Shown in pieces: positions 28,064-41,629 of a stretch of 64,000 bases of DNA. The stretch spans positions 12,719,045-12,783,044 of the forward strand of contig NC_092680.1 in assembly GCF_964355755.1 (NCBI RefSeq), in the 5' to 3' direction. This DNA is from Antedon mediterranea. Lineage: Eukaryota > Animalia > Echinodermata. The notes under the pieces are model-generated. The model was not told the DNA's origin and ran no database searches. It was given only the letters and a program-made list of their open reading frames with translations. The translations under genes and the position numbers were made by a program. Every line of letters starts with the position of its first letter. The stretch's first letter is position 1.

Positions 28064-28181
28064 AAAGTTCCAACTTAAGCGCAACAGTTTGACCAATCAC
28101 AAGCTATAGGCCTACAGTTCCGATTATCCATTGAGCGTCGCGCTTGCGTCATTTTGCGTTGCGTCCTAGTGGGTCTAAGCA
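28064..28181. mobile_element. MITE family B, degenerate
   Basis: TTGACCAATCACAAGC and TTGCGTTGCGTCCTAGTGGG match the other copies. Confidence 0.65.
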
Positions 28182-28836
28182 TTTGCTGAATACGGTCAAT
28201 AATAAACTACACACTTTTGCTTATGCTCTACTTAGTGTTTATATCTATGCGAGTTTCAGCCATTTTGTTCTCATTTCTTCCCTTATTTAATTCACTGACG
28301 ACGAAAACTGACTACATGGTTACTCTATCTAACAAGGTCCCTCTGATTTAAATCTTTTCTATTTGTTCTTAAATATTAGTTTGTTTTTAAATATTCCTGA
28401 AATATTTAATGGTTATGAAAACTAAATATAAACCAGTAAATAATAATTGTTAACGTAAAAAAACCCAAACAAAATAATTAATAATATTGGACATTGACTA
28501 CATCGGAGTGGAATAGCATACGTGGAATTGTATGACGTTGTTGAGCAGTGGCTAATCATATAATTGTCGAAACACTCCTACATGATTTTTAATGTCACTT
28601 TCTTTGTCAATATCCACGGTATGTCACTTGAAATAGATACAACTTACCAAATGACTTACAAGTCGTAAATTTGCTGCATCATTTACTAGGCTTAAAGCTA
28701 ACAAGCCCCAGGAGAATTTGACTCCCGAAAACAATAAGTAATAAAACAACGCATTAGTATCCGAAACATTGATCATATCAGTCAATTAATTCTCATTTTT
28801 TATAGAACTGGACAGATGTGGGGGGAAATGTCTTAC

Positions 28837-29008
28837 GTTGTAATGCTATGAGAATGGTTACAGCTAGGCTGAATGCTCGGCACACGATAGCCAGACAAGA
28901 TATCATGAGGACACCTTTATGCGCGTTGATAGGACGTATTTGTGAGTCCTGAGAGGGCGATTTATCATCAGTCTCGTATGTAGGATTGTAATACATGGTT
29001 ATATTCAT
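28837..29008 (-). CDS. Candidate exon: NPTY-containing polar N-terminus followed by a hydrophobic segment
   Basis: 57 open codons ending at C|GTAAGA (phase 1). No homology recognised. Confidence 0.2.
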
Positions 29009-29514
29009 TATATTTATACGGAATTAGCGGCCAAATCCCCAATGGCGAACGTATTGTAACAAGATCCAGTGATATATCGTGTAATGCAGCGTATAGATAC
29101 CGTTAAAGCCAATATGATTCCGACTTCCGACTTATTTTAATGCTGCGGGATAATTCATATTACACACGTGGGTAAAATTCATTTATGAATATGAAAAATA
29201 ATAAGATTAATGAGCCCGAATAGGACATTTAACATTATATTGATTATTTCTATGTAAGTTTTACATTAACATTTATACATTTGCAGCATAATTTTAATTA
29301 TTACCTTTCATACGATATCTTCTCAGCAATGTCTTACTCATACATTACAAAATTATTGAGAGGTATACTAGTAAAGACATCTTGCAATAAAATATTAGAT
29401 TTATAATCATTCGTGTTCTCACGAATTATCACGTGACTTATTAGGTATGCGTGTAAAAATAATAGTTTGCAAATATGTATGTAAAATTTATGTTTGGAAT
29501 GAAATTGAGATGAG

Positions 29515-30260
29515 GTATCATTATCAGTAGCAGCAGAATAATAATTCTTATTAACATCTTTATCATCATCGTCATGGTTATCAAGATTGTTATCAATGTT
29601 ATCTTATCATCGTTATCAACATATTTCATCATCTTTATTATCATAATTGTTCTCATCTCCTTTGTCATCATTATCATATAATATTATCATCATCATACTT
29701 ACCATAAAAAAACATTGTTGCTATTATCAATATCGTTATTTTCAACGTTATTGTTTCAACATTTGTATCATCATTGGTATCAACATCGTTCTCATCAACA
29801 TTATTATCAACATCATCATCATATTGGTATCAACATCGTTCCCATCAACATTATTATCAACATCATCATCAATATTGGTATCAACATTGTTTATTATCAT
29901 TGTCATTATTGTTATCAACATCATCATCAGCATCTTTATTGTTATCAACATCTTCATCAATATTAGTATCAACATCGTCATTATTATCAACAATATCATC
30001 AATATTGGTATCAACATTGTTATCATTGTTATTATTCTTATCAACATCATCGTCAATATTGGTATCAATATTGTTATCAGCGTCATTATTGTTATCAACT
30101 TCATCATCGATATTGGTATCAACATTCTTATCATTGTATTTATTATCAAAATCAGATCATCAATATTGGTATCAACTTCGTTCTCATCAATATTATTATC
30201 AACATCGTTCTCATCAACACTATTATTAGCAACATCACTGTTTCATATGTTATTACTTGT
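29515..30260. repeat. (ATC/ATT/AAC)-type trinucleotide low-complexity tract with a recurring ATATTGGTATCAACAT unit
   Basis: The unit recurs near 29774, 29821, 29872, 30002, 30055, 30110 and 30162. The overlapping ORFs are composition artefacts. Confidence 0.9.
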
Positions 30261-33200
30261 CAACCCAACAGATCAAAACCATTAAAATAAAATACCATTG
30301 TAAACTTCTAACCAATCATCACGAGTTTAGACAATTAGATGATTAATAATTATACAGATTTAACGGAAAAAGGGTCCGGCTCATTTTATATATATGCACG
30401 TGATATTGCCGTCAAAAAGTACAATAAAAGTTGAATGATCTTTATGGTCATTTACTAATAACGCAGTGTCCAAATATTTGCCATGGCTTCTTTCTTAAGC
30501 TGGTCAAAGATCGTGTTTCAGTCCAATTCGATATTATTTTCCTTATTGATTTTCGCAGTTTGTCAATGGTTTTACAGAATCTACATAGCAGTTCTCTCGC
30601 TCAAGTACACTGCGTACACAAGCCTTGACAATAGCCGTATTGTGAACGTGACTTGGCGGTGTTAGTGCTACTTATACGTGGATGTTTAGATACATTACCG
30701 CCGTTGTCAATCGAATCGTTCTATCAATATTTTTAGTTTATTAAATAATCTAGATGCCTGCATGATTTATAGACTTTGCGCTTAACATTGTTTGGAAAGG
30801 GTAATTATGGTTATAAGTGTATGAAATTTGTAACTTTTACTGCTAACATCTTTTACACCATTGTCTTTTTTCTCGTTCCGGAAAACGTTAATAAAAACAA
30901 AACTAAAACACGATAGCCTACCATTGTGTTCTATGTGTATACATATATTACTATATAACATGCAATTTAAAGAATCCTTTGATATTAATAGACTGTCAAT
31001 AATTAACCTTTAGTTTGGCTCTGTGGCATTATTTCGATGTCGAAATGAATGCCACCACGATGATGCGAACCCTATCGCTTAGAGATTACTTCCGTGATTA
31101 AAAAAACTTTCTGTTTTCCAGCATTTTTAAATTTTGATTTTAAGATATCAAAATTAAGATAATTGTTGTGTTTTGTTGTCATACCATAATCAATACCTAT
31201 TTTTTTTACATCAGTATACATCTGTTAGTAAAATCATTAAATATAATTATCGTTATCCTTCTTGTTGTTCATCATCATCTTTTATTATTATTGTAAAAAA
31301 CATTCCAACATATTATAATTTAATTATTAACAATATTCTCATTAGTGATAATTACTATTTTCATTTCAGTTTATTTCATTTCATTTCGCTGAACTGATAA
31401 AAAAAAATTTTCCACCAAACTGTTTTACTCAAATATCAGACAAAATCACTAATACACTTCTTCGACTCATATTTCTCGACACTCTCACTATATAGATTTT
31501 AATATTATCAGCTTATGACTGTGAATGATCATACAGCAGACGACAGATGGGTCCCCGTAATACCTGTCATCTTGCGTTCCCGCTTTATAAACTCCAAATT
31601 ACATTCGGCAGATGATTCGCTCTATGTAGGTTGTGTGCATACAACTCCATGCGTAATGCGTTTTCTTCAATTATATACGGAGTACACTACTCTCAAGCCA
31701 GTACGCAAATGAATTATTATTTTGCAGTTGCCGTTGGGTACGAAATACAATATTCACTTTCTTACATAATAAGAAAACATTAGTGTGCCGTCCTGAAGAT
31801 AGTAAATGGCACATTGGACCTGATCCCATCAAAGAGTAACGCGATAGCTAACGCAATACTGAAAATCTGCCGAATTCACTTTCTTTTAAACGTTCAACGC
31901 TAGAAAGTCAATAAAAGAGTTCGATTGAGTTTAGGAGTCTAGATTTACTAAATATAAGATATAGTATGGTAATTTAGAGCTTCTTGGTTGCCGAGTGATA
32001 ATTTCAAAGTTATGACAAAGAAACTGATTGAATTTATTTAGGAATTAAGACAACAGTATCTGCTAAATCATGACTGTTATTATTTATAATACTTTAAGAC
32101 TATATTGCTCAATTATTAGTTTGATGATAATAATAATTATGATTTTATAGATTAGTAAATAACGATACTGATGTGACAATAAATTTTACATTAAGTTGAC
32201 TAAAGAAGAGGAGAATAAAGAAGAAGAGTGAAAGTGATGGAAAGAGAAAGTGAAGGTGGAATGGAACACGAGGATGCCAAATTCAATAAAAATAATCGGA
32301 TGGTTACTGCTTATCTTTAAACCTGCAGTGTTAATAATACATTTATTATTTCATCATACTATTACATAAGACCAACCAATTATGCTTTATGAAAATACAG
32401 TCGATCTACTGTATAGGCCTATAATATTTAAAACAAATACAATCGATAAAACTATGGGAATCATTTAAACATACTCATATAATATTACTACAGTACATGC
32501 ATGATAGAAGGATTAAAAAAAAACACGTTTTTTTCTAATCGACGATAAATTTCCATAGTATACTTATAAGGGTGCAGTAGCTACGTGTTAGGGAATCAGA
32601 TATCCCATTTAAAGCACTAACTTGCTTGCCTAGCTTGCCTCTTTGCATACTAAACACCATTAAACATTTTTACTTTCGTCAGATTCGTCCATTTTAATCA
32701 GTGTCTTTTTCAACAACGTTACTTTAAATTGTTGTTAGTAACTTACTTATCTGTATACTAAACACATATATTGTATTTATTTAAAATCGATGTGTATAAA
32801 TTATTGCATGAATCAAATTTTTTGTTTCGTCCTACCATCTTCAAACATGAATGGTCCTTTAAGATCCCAGTTGATGAAATCTTTTCAATTGATTTTATAA
32901 CATATCCATTAATCTGTTTTTATTTGAAATAATTAAACTTTTGCTTAAAGAGTCAAACCAAATGTCAATTGATTGATTGGTTTGAATTGATTTAAAAAAC
33001 TGATTCATTATAATTATAATATTTAAAATTTTAAATCATCGCCTATTTAGGAAATTACTTGAGGAATAAAGATTGATAACGGGTGAATCACCTTAGTTTG
33101 AACTAATATAGCTACATATCCATTATATTGCATGCGAACGGTGACAGACAAACTTATAGAGAAACATCCAAAGAGGACATCGTAACAATAAATCGGAAAC

Positions 33201-33289
33201 ATAATACAAAACAACACAATTAAAAATATAAACATATATTATGCAATGCAAACGGAAACACACAATTTCAGTTTTATAAATTGATCTCA

Positions 33290-33695
33290 AACAAACAAGA
33301 ATAGAATGGAAACAGAAAATAAAGATTGGAAAAATGCAAAGATAGAATGAAAAGATAGAATGAAAAGATAGAATTAAAAAGGAAGAATATGAAAAGAAAA
33401 TAATTGGTTGAAAAGAAAAGAAAGAATGGAAAAGGCAAAGAAAGAATGAAAACGCAAAGAAAGAATGGGAAGAGAAAATAAAGAATGGAAAAGGCAAAGG
33501 AAGAATGAAAAATAGCAAAGAAAGAATGGGAAGAGAAAGGACAGCATGGAAAAGAAAATAAAGAATAAAAAAGGCAAAGAAAGAAGGAAAAGAACAAATG
33601 GAAATAGCAAAAAAGAATGAAAAAAGCAAAGAAAGAATGGAAAGGAAAATAAAGAACAGAAAAAGCAAAACAGAATGGAAAATAACGGAAGTATG
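33290..33695. repeat. Purine-rich degenerate minisatellite, unit about 20 bp (AAGAATGGAAAAGGCAAAGA)
   Basis: AGAATG(G/A)AA recurs about every 20 bp; the Phe/Leu/Ser-rich minus-strand ORFs derive from it. Confidence 0.9.
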
Positions 33696-36510
33696 AAATA
33701 CAAACATAATAATTTCAACAAGAAGGTTTTTACAAAATTGTAAATATCTAAAATCTTGTACTGTATATTGGATTTAAGATTTGTGGAAGAATTTGTAATA
33801 TCAAATAACATTCTTTATTGATTAATATATGACTGTCAACGGTTATTTTTTGTTTGTTCAAATAATCAATTCTTTGTGAATTAGTGTAATTCAGTTAGCT
33901 GCGGTAACACACTAATGTTTATCAATTCAACAATTATAAAAGTCATCGTATACAGTGCCAATGTTTACATAATTCCATATTAAACTGATTAAAGTTCTCA
34001 TTCACTTTGAAGCATCTACCAAATTGAAAATTCACTTTATTCCTTCAGTATGATAGCAGCTTTAGACGGTAAATACCGTATACCTGATCTTACCTCATAA
34101 CGCGTTTTATATTTAATTTACGAACGCGAGTTAAAGAGGAACCATTTAATACGTTAAACAAAGTCAATAACCTACGATTGGTAATCAATAGTACAATACA
34201 ATAGTTAGATATTTGGTATTTGAAATTTGTTTTGTAAATTTATTCTTTTAATTGTATACTTTAGATTTCACTCTTATTCTCAGCGACGTCATTTGACTCA
34301 ATGAATGATTTGTAAATGTTATCAAGGTACAGTTTCATATATAAAAACAAATCAGAAACGATTATGTTAAAAATGAATCTAATTGACCACAGAGAATTCA
34401 ATTATCTATTTACATTCCAATTAGATCTTGGCTTTATAATATTAATATTTGAATATCATAGAATTTTAAGAAAAGAAAAGATAAGAAAAAAAATAGTATC
34501 TGTATTCCATGGTACCATTGTTGATAGAGCCAGAAATAATTGTTTTGGAGAGTATTTCGTTCGACTCTCAATTCCCGGTGTGCGATATTTTGTTTTTCTA
34601 TAAAAATCAGAATTGCCGATTGCTAAATTCGTATATTTGCAGATATGAAACAAAATGTCTATATCACTAACAAAATGTACAAACATTGAATAGTGGGGAT
34701 TTGAACTGTTTGAAGTCCCAGATCAACAAACAAAGGCATCTGCCAACTGATATTTCAACACACATTAATTAATTGTTAAATATTATATAATTATATTATA
34801 TTATCATAGATAAAATTAAAGAAGAAGAATCGGTGTAAAACCTTCTTTGTTTTTGCTTCGAACTTTTTGTGGACTGGAACTGGAAAATTTGAGGTTTCTG
34901 CTTCGATGCAAGTAAACGAACCAGTACAGGAAATTTCGTTACTACTTCGTTATAACGTTCATTTTTTTCATCGTCTTGTTACAATCTTACTTCCAGCAAT
35001 CATATTTAATCTTGTCAAAAGTTGTTAGCATTTGAAACGAGAATTCCTTCCTGGCCATGCAAATCAATAACGTGCCCATAGGTGAAAAGCTAACGGGCGC
35101 GAGATTCCCCCGAGTCGTGGATCGTTCTAGGCTCTTACATAACCACCGTAATCACTCGTAAGTCCCCGGGCTTAGCACGTACAGGCGTTCGTAGTATTGC
35201 CAGTTATCTGTAGCTTGGAAATAAATGAATACGTCTTCTATGTTAAAATATTGCTTGTGTTGCAAAGTATGTTCGCACTTTTAATGTTTACAAGTTCAAA
35301 CCTTCCAATGAGTCGACAATATTTGGGAAGGATGCATCCGGGATTTCAGTGGACCATCTAGTACCCCTAGGCTATCTTGAGTGTGTCATGACCATAATAA
35401 GAGTGGCATATAGATACAGCAAGTTTCTGTCATAATTGTTTATTGCTTTTTTTTATAGATTTCAAAAAGTAGTTAAATACAACTGAATATTAACACTACT
35501 ATTTTAATACATGTATAATTCAATACTTAATGACCCATTGCATAAATTTGTGTACAGGTATATATTATAATTGTATTATACAACTATTATATTTTATTAT
35601 ACAACTTATTATACAATTATTATATTATAAATGATAATATTCAGTTGAAAAATGTGGATTTTAACTTCTTTGAAGTGTTGGTCTTATTTTGATGGTAACA
35701 ACATTTCTGTTTTTCAACAACTGTATAGTAAATACAGAACTGCCTTTTATCAACATGCCTCATAACAAACTGAAACCTGGATATATTAATTTTACAATGA
35801 AAGGCAAACACGTTTATTATTTAATACTCGACGTATTTCAATGTTGATATGGCAGCAGGCACGAGGCATGTCATTCCGCCTCGATATATATTTTTATATT
35901 TTAAAAATAGAAATGCGCTGACTTACACATCACATGAAACATTTAGCGAAAATATTTGTTAGCACAAACCAAAATACTGTGTAGTTTAATGATGATTTTA
36001 TTGTTAAACCATCCCTCATAATATACAGCACAATATAAATTTTAAAAAATAACCTTTTTGTCTACTTAATTTGTTTTTAAAGTTTTGAATTGCTGATATA
36101 CCTTGGCCTATTGCGTCCTCCTCAAACAATTACATTTATCAATTTATGTTCTGTTTGTATTGTGTGAAACAATAAACTTAACTAAAATGGTAAACACCAA
36201 TACAAAAACTGTTTGAGGAACGTTTTTAAAATAATAATAAGACCTTGCAACCGAATGGTAACTACACTGTACGCGGTAGAACGCGCATAACATCTTATTT
36301 ATCGTCGTTAGCTCACTTTACCGGTGCATTTAAATCTTGACATCGTGTTGATTCAGTATCTACATGTGATTATGCACTTAAGACGTATTTAAGTTCATTA
36401 TTGTTCATGTTATTATGTTGTGATTGTTGATCATGAAGTGTGTTCACTGTATAGCAAGATTGTAATCTTAACAAGGTTGCTTGCTTATGTTAAACAAAAC
36501 AGTATGTTGT

Positions 36511-36780
36511 TGTTGCTATACTCAATCGCAATGATCGTTATTTTACAACCTCTTATTAACTAGGCCTAATAATAATTAGTTAAAATATCATAGCTATGAT
36601 ATTCATATTTTTAAAAATTACAACACTTGTCTGCTTTACTTTTGCTAAGCAATACAGTGTTGCTATACTCAATCGCAATGTTCGTTATTTTACAACCTCA
36701 TATTAACTAGGCCTAATAACAATTTGTTAAAATATCCTAGATATGATATTCATATTTTATTTTAATACAACATTTGTCTG
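36511..36780. repeat. Tandem duplication, period 147 bp
   Basis: 36511-36633 and 36658-36780 are near-identical (TGTTGCTATACTCAATCGCAATG...TTGTCTG). Confidence 0.92.
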
Positions 36781-37141
36781 TACGTTTGAAAACATAACAA
36801 TGCAGTCTATTCAATGCATGCTAATTTGCGACTTTTACCACTTAGTGAAAAAGATACACAATGCATAATTATACTTATTCATTTTAAATGAAACTTTTGA
36901 ATTAGGCCTATAAACTATGAAATTAGTTTTTCTTTGTGATAAAGACCTAGAAATGTTTACAAATGTATTTTAATCTATTCATGTTTGTTAAAGAAAAATA
37001 TAAATTATGTCTAATGACCATGCCTACCTTTCTACTTTATAATGTTAAATGGTAACAGAATACGAACGATAACATATCATATTTCTGCAGTCATATTTAA
37101 TATTAATAATCTTGAGTATATAGATAATTTATATTCATTAA

Positions 37142-37433
37142 AGATGTATTGTCCCACAAAATTATGAAAAATAAAGATTTAGAAAATCAGAATTTAAATA
37201 GGCTATTTTCAATTTATTGCCCCTAACATGGGAAAAAACGAACACAAAAATATTGATTTCCAAAAGACAAAATAAACAGTTGAATTCAACCAAAAACATT
37301 GTCAGACACAATTTGACTATTTTTGATTCAAAATCCATTTTTCGGGTAAATATTTATTATGTGGCATAAAAATGGCATGTATTAAAAACAAAATTGTAAA
37401 CAAATGTTTTTTATTCAGTGGGACAATATATCT
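37142..37433. mobile_element. Non-autonomous Kolobok-like DNA transposon
   Basis: TTAA on both sides (37138-37141, 37434-37437). TIRs AGATGTATTGTCCCAC / GTGGGACAATATATCT match at 15 of 16 positions. AG...CT (RR..YY) termini fit Kolobok rather than piggyBac. Confidence 0.8.
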
Positions 37434-40239
37434 TTAATAAATACAATGATTCATATTATATAAGACGTTATCGCATAAGTACAAAACTGGCCGTAGTCGA
37501 TCATTATTGTTTATTTATTTATTTCCATAGACATTATTTCAGTGAATATCTTCATATCTGTTTATTACAACAGATGCAGTGAGATTATTCAAATCTTGGA
37601 TGAATGTTAAATGACGTTGAATTCACTTACAAAGGTTAAATCTTTAGCATCATTTAGTGCGCCAAATACTCTGAGCAGACGACAGCAGCATTTGCAAAGT
37701 TTATGGGTAATAACAAGGAGTGACTTGAATAAGTTGAACGCCGTTACGATAACGATCAAGCGCGTACACACACGAGAACGCCGGCGGCGTTTTGTTGAGA
37801 ATGAGTTAAAATACATCTCAGTGATAGTTCAGGTTTCAGAAATAATTACACATAAGAAATACGACCAAGAGACTTGGTCATATTATTTTGAATTGATAAA
37901 GACGCTTCTCTTACTGTCTGTTCTACTAACTCGACAGTTATGCTTGCCTCTTGATTTTGCCTCGGGAATATATTATGCTAGCCTAATGTTCTGTTTTGGA
38001 TGAATAATGATTCGAATAATTTGATTCTGTTTAAAGGGAGGGCACAGTGCACATTGTAAACACGTGTGGTAGAAAAACGTGAAAATGATATACAATGAAA
38101 GCATTGTCATCACTAAAACGATCATATTCTTTTCCTTCATTATTTGCTTAACATTTTTTTTAAATAATACAGTAGTATTATACAGTACTATGATCTGTTA
38201 TGTGTATATTTTTTATTTATTATGTTTTAATTAGCTATGACTCTTCCTTTTGTTAACTACTATAATTATTATCAATAGTATATTAATATATTTAAAACTA
38301 ATGTAGTAGATTATATTTATTAAATAAAACAACGAAATTAAATATAATTTATAGATAAATAATAGTGCAACATTACATCAATTGATCGTTAATATTAATT
38401 AGATCTAAAAGCAAACGATTTGTTTCCTCACCAAAAACCATTAATAACAATGAGGACGCTGTTTCGGACGGGTCGTTTAAAACTTTGTCAGCATTAGAGG
38501 GCACTCTTAGGCCCTGGCTAATCCATCAGCAATGCGTTCATTTTGTATCGTTGCCCTGGGCTAAGGGTTTGTGTGATGCCATGTTATTTCAGGCTTGAGC
38601 TATTGCATGTATTAAGAATGCCCACCATTAAAACTATTCTACAGTAACTGTCAAAATGACTGCTGCGGGTTCACTAAACCTTAACATTCATCGGTTTTTC
38701 TGCTGATAACAGCGACATTGCGTTTACATGACGCATCACGCGACTACGCAAATAAGTCATTCTGCGCCTGCTCATAAGTTACAGTACTGAGCTACCAATT
38801 TGTTCCCATATAATAGAGTAAAATGGTCTTTTTTTCTAATTAAAACATTGCACTAGTTTATTAATTCGATCTTTTAGTAAATATTGTTAATATATATATA
38901 CATAATATATAATATTTAATTAGTTCTTATGTATTTATTTTTGGATAATTTTTCATAAAAATGTTTACAGCTTATCGTTTGTATGGAATGTACATTTCCA
39001 AACATAATTGATAGACAATCTGTCCATCATTTGTTTTCATTTTAGAAAATAAAATGTATAAAATAATAAAAGTCAAATTCAGTAAAAATGAAAATACTAG
39101 AATCCGCATCTGACAGAATTGAAAATGAATTGAATAATTTTGTTTGATTGATGATGGTTCCACTTGGGTAACACAAACCCGAGTGAATTTAATAGAGCAA
39201 AAAAAATAGGCTGCTTTGGCTGTAATCTAGTCTGTATAAACCGCCCTACAAATAAAGAAACGGTCGCTCAGTTTTTATACAGATATATTTCATTTACGCA
39301 TGCTACTTATAAAACTAACAAAAATATAATATGTGAACCAGATACGATCACCAACAAAGAAAGAAATGAAAGAAAATCATAACTGGCCAGAAACTAGCAA
39401 ATGTAAGGTATTTTCATTTTTCTGATCACGTGGGTTCTCGATAGTCAACCGCCGTTGTACAATTGCATAAAATCAAAAGTGGGTTCTAAAATTTAAAAAA
39501 AAAATTTCAATTTTAATTAATTATCTATACTTTTATTTGGGTATATTGGTTAAATAATTATGCTACCTCCAAACTAAGAAATGCGGTATCAATAAACAAT
39601 TTTAAGTGCTCTAAAAAAACTCCAAAAGAAAACCTCAACGTTTTGTATAGTATTGTAGACTATATTTTTGTATTTATGTATATATTTTTTTAAACATAGT
39701 TCACCGATTGTTTTTTTTTTTTCAAATATGTTTTTTAATCATGTTTATATGATTGCCTCTTGATTGTCAGCATATGCTGTTTCGGGTTGCCCTCACTAGA
39801 TAAGGTTTAATAAAATAAATGAAATACAAAAATATTATTAAATTATAAAGAATAAATAAGATTTTGTCAGTACAGTGAAAGTAATTGATTTACAAGACCT
39901 AAAATCGTTAGATAATTAGCTAAAGTAGAAAGAAGTCCGTATTAGTGTATTACATAAAAAGTACAAGGTAATGTACACTCGTTACAACGGGTAGTTTGTG
40001 TCACCATCTATCAACATAAAGTGGTTTTAAATTTGTATAAAGGTTACTGTGTAAAGATACGAATTTACTTGTATATCATTCAGACTTTAATAGTAGCATA
40101 CACTATACAATCATTTATGTTTAGATGATAATCTAATATCGAAATATTAAATTTATTTTTAAAGATTAAATATGACCAATTATTATAGTAATTCATATCG
40201 GATTTAAGATGTTACGCTTTTAAAGTACACGTGGAGTAG

Positions 40240-40490
40240 AACGCCTAAATATAACAACACCCTACTATACCATTAGTAAGATGAACTCGTCGTTCAAAGT
40301 TTCAGGCGCTAAAATATGGAATAACATACCAACTAATATTTCAATATTCCCCAGCAAGTAGGCCTACTTCTTTTAAAACTAGATATCGATTTTTTTCAAA
40401 TTTTTTGGGTATTTAAGACAGGACCACAATGCAAAACCCCTGATTGTGTAGTGCTGTATAAATATGTTGTTAAATATTAATAATAAATAT
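40240..40490 (+). mobile_element. Decayed CR1/L2-clade LINE 3' end
   Basis: The frame from 40281 reads NSSFKVSGAKIWNNIPTNI, followed in a shifted frame by SFKTRY. This is the typical ORF2 C-terminal G.KLWN.LP motif. Confidence 0.65.
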
Positions 40491-41105
40491 ATAGTCCCAA
40501 ATGGGTATTAATTCGGGTTGGAAATATCGTTTAACAAAGTATATGCATTTGTACTTCGTAGGCCTATATTGATTTTAACACTATCAAAATGATTGACTTG
40601 ACGTCATCTATGATACAACTAAAATACTCGACAACACATTGATGTTCAAGTATCAAACGTGTTTGTTAGAGGAGTAACATATTCTTCAAACTACTAAAAA
40701 TACAAAACCACTTGTGTTTGTTTTCTTTGTGATGAAGATAACTACTGTATTACGCGTAAGTAACGCGTACAGATTGCAATATCCAACGTAACATAGTACT
40801 GAGTAAACACTAACCAGTAAACACACTTATTTACTTGCTTTTAATACATTAACAGTCAAGTTTTAAAACAACAGGCTAGCTTTGTAAACATCATCATGTA
40901 CACTATATCGAATATTTCTTGTGTTAATTTAGCTTTTTCTTCCTACCAAACCTATTCAAGTTAGAATGGATATCGTTTTGATTTTTCGTAATTAACGAAA
41001 AGAATGAATTATCTCGAATAAATAGTTACAACCTGCAATCCAACACAATATCTTTCAGTTAAGATATTAAAGGTAAGCAGCCTAGTTAACAGACTAATAA
41101 ACAAG

Positions 41106-41147
41106 CCTTACATGATACAGGCACCACATGTGATACACATGGGATGC
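41106..41147. repeat. 42-bp dispersed repeat shared with 62479-62520
   Basis: CCTTACATGATACAGGCACCACATGT(G/T)ATACA(C/A)ATG(G/A)GATGC, 39 of 42 identical. Confidence 0.85.
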
Positions 41148-41511
41148 TGTATTACGGATTTTTCCTATAGTACACTGGGCAAATGTTGTAATATGTGGAG
41201 ATATAGCATTGAGATTTTTTTAAATTATGTTCTATTCACGTGTCTCTAGTAAGCAGTACAACATAGTTTAGTGAAAGGGAGAGGGGTGCCGCAACATAGT
41301 TTAGTGAAAGAGGGCGTTGCTTGTTTATCATATTTATGGAATAATAAGATGAACACGTTTCTAAAGACAAAAAAAAAACATTTGCTTTAACTTTTCCTCG
41401 ATAATGAGTAAGCAGGATAACAAAGATGACGTTCTTACGCCGCACGAGCGCTTGATTCCCTCCGGCTCCTGATCTGATCACGGAGACTTCAGAGTATATA
41501 CCGTTTTTATT

Positions 41512-41629
41512 TCTACACTGTCAAACTGACAACAAAGTATGATGTGCCCAAATATGGTAGTGATATGACGTATTCGTGTCCATATTTCGGAACATCACAT
41601 TTTTTTTCAAAGTTTGGTAGTGTAGAGCT
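41512..41629. mobile_element. MITE family A, degenerate
   Basis: TCTACACTGTCAAACT...GATGTGCCCAAATATGGTAGTGATATGAC...AGTTTGGTAGTGTAGAGCT. Confidence 0.8.

Noticed and set aside
29441-30285. Five overlapping ORFs up to 212 aa
   Set aside because: Ile/His/Ser/Met-rich translations of a trinucleotide low-complexity tract.
33123-33811. Three Phe-rich minus-strand ORFs resembling membrane proteins
   Set aside because: Translation of a purine-rich minisatellite.
37611-38003. 130-aa plus-strand ORF
   Set aside because: No recognisable domain or splice architecture.
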